Positions 58,479 to 64,000 of a stretch of 64,000 bases of DNA are shown here, in pieces. The notes below the pieces were generated by a model that searched no databases, was not told the DNA's origin, and worked only from the letters and a program-made list of their open reading frames with translations. Positions within the stretch are counted from its first letter, which is position 1. Every line of letters begins with the position of its first letter. Position numbers and translations under genes: made by a program. The DNA comes from Paraglaciecola hydrolytica (GTDB lineage: Bacteria; Pseudomonadota; Gammaproteobacteria; Enterobacterales; Alteromonadaceae), in assembly GCF_001565895.1 (NCBI RefSeq), contig NZ_LSNE01000007.1, positions 256,845-320,844 on the forward strand, in the 5' to 3' direction.

Positions 58479-59461
58479 ATAGCCCCTCTAACCAGCGTGG
58501 TGTAGCGCTGATCATTGTATTGTTGATAGTGGCGATTGTTAGTGTGCTCGCCACCGAGATGGGGGGCAGATTACAGTTGCAAGTTAAACGTGCGGCCAAT
58601 ATCAAAGACAACAATCAGGCTTATTGGTATGCCATAGGCGCAGAGCAATTTGCTGGTAAGTCAATTAATAGCCTGGTAGCGGCAAGTGCTGGGGTGATCC
58701 ACTTAAATCAGCCTTGGTCAGAGGAATTTGTATTTCCCATTGAAGGCGGCGGAATTCAGGCTCAACTGCTTGATATGCAGGCTTGTTTTAATCTTAATGC
58801 ATTAAAAGATACTACCGCAACTGTCGGTGGCAGCCGCTCGCCAGAGCTCACTGCACGTTTAGCTGCTTTTCAACGTCTGCTGACTAATGCAGGTTTGAAT
58901 ATTGCACCCTTTACCGCAGAAACTATGACTGATTCACTAGCCGATTGGTTTGATGCCGATGACAACATGAGTCCGCAAGGTGCTGAAGATAGCGAATACG
59001 AAGGCCGGCAGTTTCCCTATCTGGCAGCCAATAATTTTATGGCCGACAAAAGCGAGTTACGTTTAATTAATGGTGTGGAGTTGCAGTGGTTAAAACCAGT
59101 AATGGACTGGCTGTGTGTATTACCATCCACTAACCAGTTTGTCCTTAACGTGAATACAGTGAGTGAAAAGAACAGTGCGGTATTGGCTGCCATGGCGGAT
59201 ATCAGCTTAAGTGACGCAGCCGATGTGATTAGTAGTCGGCCGCAGGATGGGTTTAAGAGCACAGCTGATTTTTTTGTGGCACCACAAATACAGGCAAAAA
59301 ACTTAACTACAGCGCAACAAGCCTGGTTCGATGTAAAAACTGATTATTTTATGTTGCAGAGTAAAACCCGTTACAATAACGCCACCTTTTCCATGAGTAG
59401 TCTGTTTAAAGTGGATAATAACAATGCAAAGGTAGTTTCACGTCAGTTTGGCGGGTTCTAA
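58475..59461 (+). CDS. gspK: Minor pseudopilin
   Basis: N-terminal hydrophobic helix; size and operon position. Confidence 0.8.
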   Translation: MNSPSNQRGVALIIVLLIVAIVSVLATEMGGRLQLQVKRAANIKDNNQAYWYAIGAEQFAGKSINSLVAASAGVIHLNQPWSEEFVFPIEGGGIQAQLLDMQACFNLNALKDTTATVGGSRSPELTARLAAFQRLLTNAGLNIAPFTAETMTDSLADWFDADDNMSPQGAEDSEYEGRQFPYLAANNFMADKSELRLINGVELQWLKPVMDWLCVLPSTNQFVLNVNTVSEKNSAVLAAMADISLSDAADVISSRPQDGFKSTADFFVAPQIQAKNLTTAQQAWFDVKTDYFMLQSKTRYNNATFSMSSLFKVDNNNAKVVSRQFGGF

Positions 59462-59514
59462 GGTGATGAAAAATATGACGAATATATGTTTAGCCCAGCA
59501 AGGTAATCAATAAT

Positions 59515-60720
59515 ATGGAACAACTTGTCGTTCGTCTCGGCGCTAATTCGAATGAGACAGTGCATTGGATTGTCTGGTCGAGTCAGCAAAACGAAATCAT
59601 TGCCTCTGGTGTGCTGGCTAATGCCAATGAGCTAAGCAGCCTCAAAGAGCGCGCTGGTCAGCGTGCTATCACGGTTTTAGTACCGACCAGTGACGTATTA
59701 CTTAAATGGGTTGAACTACCCGCTAAAGCCAGTCGCAAGGCCTTGGCTGCTATCCCTTATATGCTTGAAGATGAAATCAGTGGTGATATTAACCAACAGT
59801 TTTTTGCTTTGGGTCCACAAAAAAACAATGTGCAAGCCGTTGCTGTGGTGAGTAAAGAAAAACTCAAACAATGGTTAGCAATGATTTCAGATGCTGGTTT
59901 GGTGTGTGAGCAACTTATTCCAGATGTACTGGCGATACCACAAGCCACTCAAGGCTGGGCTTTGTTAGTCTTGGGTCAGCAATTGTTAGTTAGACAAGAT
60001 GAATGGGCTGGCTTGCAGGGTGAAAAAGATTGGTTAGTACAAGCTGTTACCTTACATGCTCGTCAGTACCAAAAGGCCCATGCCGAGCCTTTACAACTCA
60101 ATAATTATGCTGAGTTACAGTTTGATGACGTAAGTAATATTGAATCTCACAGTATGCCGCTAGAATTACCGATGAAAGTACTGGCGAGTGGTATTGCTAA
60201 TGCCAAATTTAACCTATTGCAAGGTGAGTTTAAACGTAAGTCTTCACGTTCTGCAGGCTGGAAAACCTGGCGTTTAGCCGCCGCCTTAGCGGGTATTGCT
60301 TTGCTGACAAGTGTGATAGATAAAGCCATCGAACAACAGAGTATTCAAAGCCAACTGGCTGAGATCAACAGTCAGATCAAAAATGAATATCAACGTGCCT
60401 TTCCTAATGCTGGTGCATATCGTGACGTAAGGGCAACCATGCAAAGCAAGATGAAAGCATTGGAACAAGGGGGTGGGGCATCGTCTATGTTAGTGATGTT
60501 AAGCCAGTTATCGCCGGCTTTTGCCGATTCCAACATCAAACCTCAGTCGTTGCGTTTTGATGCCAGCCGCAGTGAATTACGTATGCAGGTGGTGGCAAAT
60601 AATTTTGAAGCGCTGGAGCAGTTTAAAAAACTCGCTCAGGCCAAAGGTTTTGAAGTGGAGCAAGGCGCTATCAACAATAAAGACAATCAGGTCATTGGCT
60701 CGCTGGCGGTGAGGAGTTGA
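59515..60720 (+). CDS. gspL: Type II secretion protein L
   Basis: Size and position; cytoplasmic domain, TM segment and periplasmic domain. Confidence 0.75.
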   Translation: MEQLVVRLGANSNETVHWIVWSSQQNEIIASGVLANANELSSLKERAGQRAITVLVPTSDVLLKWVELPAKASRKALAAIPYMLEDEISGDINQQFFALGPQKNNVQAVAVVSKEKLKQWLAMISDAGLVCEQLIPDVLAIPQATQGWALLVLGQQLLVRQDEWAGLQGEKDWLVQAVTLHARQYQKAHAEPLQLNNYAELQFDDVSNIESHSMPLELPMKVLASGIANAKFNLLQGEFKRKSSRSAGWKTWRLAAALAGIALLTSVIDKAIEQQSIQSQLAEINSQIKNEYQRAFPNAGAYRDVRATMQSKMKALEQGGGASSMLVMLSQLSPAFADSNIKPQSLRFDASRSELRMQVVANNFEALEQFKKLAQAKGFEVEQGAINNKDNQVIGSLAVRS

Positions 60721-60721
60721 G

Positions 60722-61201
60722 ATGGAAAAGCTAAAACTGTATTACAAACAACTTAATGAACGTGAGCAACGTCTCGTTTTGCTTTCTGCTGTATTGGTAG
60801 TGATCGCTTTGTTTTATTGGGTTATTTGGTCGCCGCTAAGTCAAGCTGTTACTAAAGGTCAGGCTAACCTTAACAGTCAGAAAGAGTTATTAGTGTGGGT
60901 GCAACAAAATGCCAATCGCGCCCTGCAACTACAAGGAAGTGCCAAACCTAATGCCAAATTTACCGGCTCCTTAGCCCAAGAAGTAAACCAAAGCGCGGGT
61001 CGCTTAAATATCACTATCGCCCGTATGCAGCCAACGGGAGAAGAGTTGCAAGTATGGGTAGATCAAGTGCCCTTTAACGATGTGCTCAGTTGGTTACAGG
61101 GTTTAGAAAGCAAAGGCATTGTGGTACTGGATTTAGATATCGCTGAAACTAATGCCGCTGGGCAAATAAAAATCCGCCGTTTGAAACTAGGGAAAGCATG
61201 A
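60722..61201 (+). CDS. gspM: Type II secretion protein M
   Basis: 159 aa, N-terminal TM segment, operon position. Confidence 0.75.
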   Translation: MEKLKLYYKQLNEREQRLVLLSAVLVVIALFYWVIWSPLSQAVTKGQANLNSQKELLVWVQQNANRALQLQGSAKPNAKFTGSLAQEVNQSAGRLNITIARMQPTGEELQVWVDQVPFNDVLSWLQGLESKGIVVLDLDIAETNAAGQIKIRRLKLGKA

Positions 61202-61941
61202 AACATTCTTTAAAATGGGGCGCATTGGGATTATGTGTCTATGTGGTCTTTTTAATTATCAAATTACCCGCAGTTCAGGTCGTAGGTCACTTATCGCTAC
61301 CCCCCGAAATTAAGCTACAGGGTGTCAAAGGCACTATTTGGCAAGGTCAGGCCATGACGGCTACCCTACAGGGTTTACCCGTTAGCAATATTAAGTGGAG
61401 CCTCGATTTTTGGCCTTTATTGATTGGCACTATCAGCGCGGATATCAGTGCAGGCAATATTCGTCAGGTTGATGAAATTGCGTTTTTAGGTGGAGTATCT
61501 TTTGCCTCTGACAGAATTCAACTTAATGATGTGCAAGCTTATTTACCAACTAACTTAATGATTTCACTTTTGCCATTACCCTTTCCGGTTAAAGCCGAAG
61601 GACGTTTTAAGCTTGAGGTAGATGAGTTGGATTATCGTGAGTCCTGTCAGGCACTGAGTGGCAAAGGCCAATGGTTAAATGCCAAAGTGGCTGGTTTAGA
61701 AGGTTTGATTGATCTGGGTAACTTTAGCGCCGATATGGTGTGTGAAAACAACAACATACTGCTCAGTGTAAAAGAACCAAATCGTTTTGGCCTAACAGCT
61801 CAGGCAACGATACCTGCCAATCTACAATTTGCTATTACTGGGCGTTTTAAACCTGATGCTAATTTGCCTGAAGAAGTACATCAGGCCGCACAGTTTTTTG
61901 GTAACAAAGATGCCCAAGGTTATTACAACATCAAGTTTTAG
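61198..61941 (+). CDS. gspN: Type II secretion protein N
   Basis: 247 aa, operon position, N-terminal TM segment. Confidence 0.65.
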   Translation: MKHSLKWGALGLCVYVVFLIIKLPAVQVVGHLSLPPEIKLQGVKGTIWQGQAMTATLQGLPVSNIKWSLDFWPLLIGTISADISAGNIRQVDEIAFLGGVSFASDRIQLNDVQAYLPTNLMISLLPLPFPVKAEGRFKLEVDELDYRESCQALSGKGQWLNAKVAGLEGLIDLGNFSADMVCENNNILLSVKEPNRFGLTAQATIPANLQFAITGRFKPDANLPEEVHQAAQFFGNKDAQGYYNIKF

Positions 61942-63238
61942 TTTTTTCACTGGCCATTATAGTTTGGTTGCGGCCATTACGTTTAGCCGCATATAAGGCC
62001 TGATCGGCCTGTTTAAAGGTTTGTTCAAAACTTTCTTCATTCAACATCAACGCGCTACCAATACTAACACTGACATTTAACTTTAGTGTGCCAGCAAAAC
62101 TTGAGTTGGTAATTTCCAGTCGTATTTTTTCTGCAAAAGGCAGCACATCCTGCTTTTTACTATATCTGAACAGCACCACAAATTCTTCGCCACCCCAGCG
62201 ACATACAATGTCAGTAGAACGAATGTTTCTATTGATTGCCTGGGCTAATTCTTCGAGTACCAAATCGCCCACATCATGGCCATATTGGTCATTTAATTTT
62301 TTAAAATGATCGACATCAAGTACCAACACGGCATAGTGACTTTGGGTTTTACTTTGCCCAATAGCCATAAGAGCTTGCGCTAGCCCTTCGCGATTACTCA
62401 AGCCAGTTAATTGATCGGTTTCTGCCTTAACTTTGTATTTGGCGCTGATATCGTTTAAAGCGGCTAATTTTGCTGCATCCTGTTTAATGCGCTGGCGCAG
62501 TGCCCAATGGTGATATAGGGCTTCACTACTTAACAACAATGCCCAGAAAATGAGTAAACAGGCGTACATTCCCTCTTTACTAAAATAAGCACCGGCCGCG
62601 TAAATAGCATTGATCTGGATGATATCTGCTTGCGTACTAAAGGGGGCTGTGGGTGCAATGCCTACAGATGTCACTTCGTTTAATTCTGCATGTGCATACT
62701 CGCGGGGAATATCAAATTGTCTTATCCACCATTCGGCAACACGAAAGTCCCTGAAACTAATATCCACCGGCGAACTTAAATCTTTACTGCGCACATTAGT
62801 TGACATGTTTTTAGCTGTCGTGGTGTTTACCATACCCGCTATTGGTTTCACTTGATTATCTAAGTAGACCGCCAGATTAGGGGTTTCTCCTTGATAATCA
62901 ATGTCCATTATTATTCGATCAAAATTTCTAAAGTCGAAGGTTTTAGGCTGTTCGTTGTGCCACCAGGTAATGCTAGCGCCACAATATTGGTCTTTTGTTG
63001 ATAGGGGCACCGTACAGCTAAATTTAGACTTAGCCTGATCTATCCATCTGGCCTGACTGTTTCCACCCGACGTTTCATCGCTAAAAATGCTTAAAGTAGC
63101 GGTTTCACTGGGATACAAAGTGACTATTCGTTCAGGCAGGACATCATAAATAACGACGATTAAAATCGAAATGGCAAAAAGACATAGTTTAATGAGGGAT
63201 AGATTAGACATGCCTAGCTTGATTTTACTACTCATCAC
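61931..63238 (-). CDS. Membrane-anchored diguanylate cyclase with a periplasmic sensor domain
   Basis: TM segment, a ~200-aa periplasmic domain, a second TM segment and GGDEF (RWGGEEF). Confidence 0.75.
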   Translation of the reverse strand: MMSSKIKLGMSNLSLIKLCLFAISILIVVIYDVLPERIVTLYPSETATLSIFSDETSGGNSQARWIDQAKSKFSCTVPLSTKDQYCGASITWWHNEQPKTFDFRNFDRIIMDIDYQGETPNLAVYLDNQVKPIAGMVNTTTAKNMSTNVRSKDLSSPVDISFRDFRVAEWWIRQFDIPREYAHAELNEVTSVGIAPTAPFSTQADIIQINAIYAAGAYFSKEGMYACLLIFWALLLSSEALYHHWALRQRIKQDAAKLAALNDISAKYKVKAETDQLTGLSNREGLAQALMAIGQSKTQSHYAVLVLDVDHFKKLNDQYGHDVGDLVLEELAQAINRNIRSTDIVCRWGGEEFVVLFRYSKKQDVLPFAEKIRLEITNSSFAGTLKLNVSVSIGSALMLNEESFEQTFKQADQALYAAKRNGRNQTIMASEKTKT

Positions 63239-63442
63239 TCACCTTTAAATATGTTTGCAATAAAGCTATAGCAGTTATTGGCACAATGTAAATGACATAA
63301 TTTGCAGACATTACTGTAGTGTAATAAGTCTACAACTATGGCTAGAAAAATATCGCTAACAAGGTTCCTGCTTAAGTTTTACTTAAGCTTTTAATGCTGC
63401 AATGTTAACATCTTTTTAACACCTTGTTATGGTTGGTATTAG

Positions 63443-64000
63443 TTGAATTATTGGCGTGTTGTAAAGCCATTTTGCTATTTTTTATTGCTTGGCTTAACGC
63501 TGCTTACCTGCAGCCGTATCGCACTTAATGTGTGGCAACATGAGCGGATAAGCGATTTCAGTGTTGTTTCTACTATCCTACTCAACGGTTTACGCATTGA
63601 TCTCAGTACTTTAGCTTACTGGATGATAGTACCTGTACTATTTTTACCCCTGTTCAGGCTCATGCAACGCCCTGCAGCTTGGCATTATTTTCTGAATATT
63701 TGGTTTATTTTTGGCATCGTAGTTTTGCTGCTATTGGAACTGGCTACCCCCACTTTTATTAATGAATATGGTCTACGCCCTAATCGCTTATTTGTAGAAT
63801 ATCTGATCTATCCGCAAGAAGTCCTCAGCATGTTATTAAATGGCCATCTACTGAGTGTCATTGTCTGTATAGCTGCTTTGCTTGCTTTAACTTATATACT
63901 GCAAAAGTTGCTGAAAAAAACGGTTTTACCCTGCGTTATAACGACTATGTGTTCCTGGTCTAGTACTTTAATCTGCAGTTTTCTTTTGCTGCTTGTTTGT
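63443..64000 (+). CDS. 5' part of a multi-TM sulfatase/LTA-synthase-family (phosphoethanolamine-transferase-like) membrane protein; runs off the window end
   Basis: Open frame to the window edge encoding successive TM helices (ISDFSVVSTILLNGLRIDL..., IWFIFGIVVLLLLELA...). The only in-frame start candidate is a TTG. Confidence 0.3.
   Translation, partial: MNYWRVVKPFCYFLLLGLTLLTCSRIALNVWQHERISDFSVVSTILLNGLRIDLSTLAYWMIVPVLFLPLFRLMQRPAAWHYFLNIWFIFGIVVLLLLELATPTFINEYGLRPNRLFVEYLIYPQEVLSMLLNGHLLSVIVCIAALLALTYILQKLLKKTVLPCVITTMCSWSSTLICSFLLLLVC

Noticed and set aside
1-64000. Alternative genetic code or TAA readthrough as the explanation for the two in-frame TAA codons
   Set aside because: TAA is clearly used as a genuine stop by many intact genes in the window (for example fis, ompR, prk, gspD), so recoding is unlikely. 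Pseudogenisation or sequencing error is more parsimonious.

Overview
This 64-kb window looks like chromosomal DNA from a Shewanella-like gammaproteobacterium (Alteromonadales). Supporting this, a complete gspC–gspN type II secretion operon sits immediately downstream of hslR–hslO, and ompR–envZ, dusB–fis, purH and purD are all present. The left 14.5 kb is a uronate/pectin-type polysaccharide utilisation locus: a KdgF-like cupin, a PL17-like lyase, a GH105/GH88 unsaturated uronyl hydrolase, a GPH-family MFS symporter, a lipoprotein oligogalacturonate-lyase (PL22-like) homologue and a GH43. This locus is interrupted by accessory DNA consisting of an M50 site-2-protease-like gene, an IS91-family element (tyrosine recombinase plus a rolling-circle transposase carrying an in-frame TAA), and an AT-rich ECF sigma factor plus multi-TM partner pair. 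The centre holds housekeeping genes (cnoX/ybbN-like, dusB-fis, purH, a methyltransferase, purD) and c-di-GMP signalling genes, three GGDEF proteins in total. The most unusual feature is a tightly spaced minus-strand operon at 33687..25860 encoding a YqiJ/NfeD-like membrane protein, a 667-aa flotillin (SPFH) protein and a ~1,700-aa coiled-coil protein ending in a MoxR/dynein-type AAA+ ATPase; I do not recognise this combination as a described system. Divergently upstream of it lie two tandem, secreted DUF547 paralogues, followed by a three-gene two-component operon (CheY-like RR, REC-GGDEF-EAL, multi-PAS histidine kinase). Further right are prk, a Gfo/Idh/MocA oxidoreductase broken by a single in-frame TAA, and an AT-rich acyltransferase-3 islet. 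There are no CRISPR arrays, rRNA or tRNA genes. All functional calls rest on motif and architecture recognition from the translated ORFs; no database searches were run.
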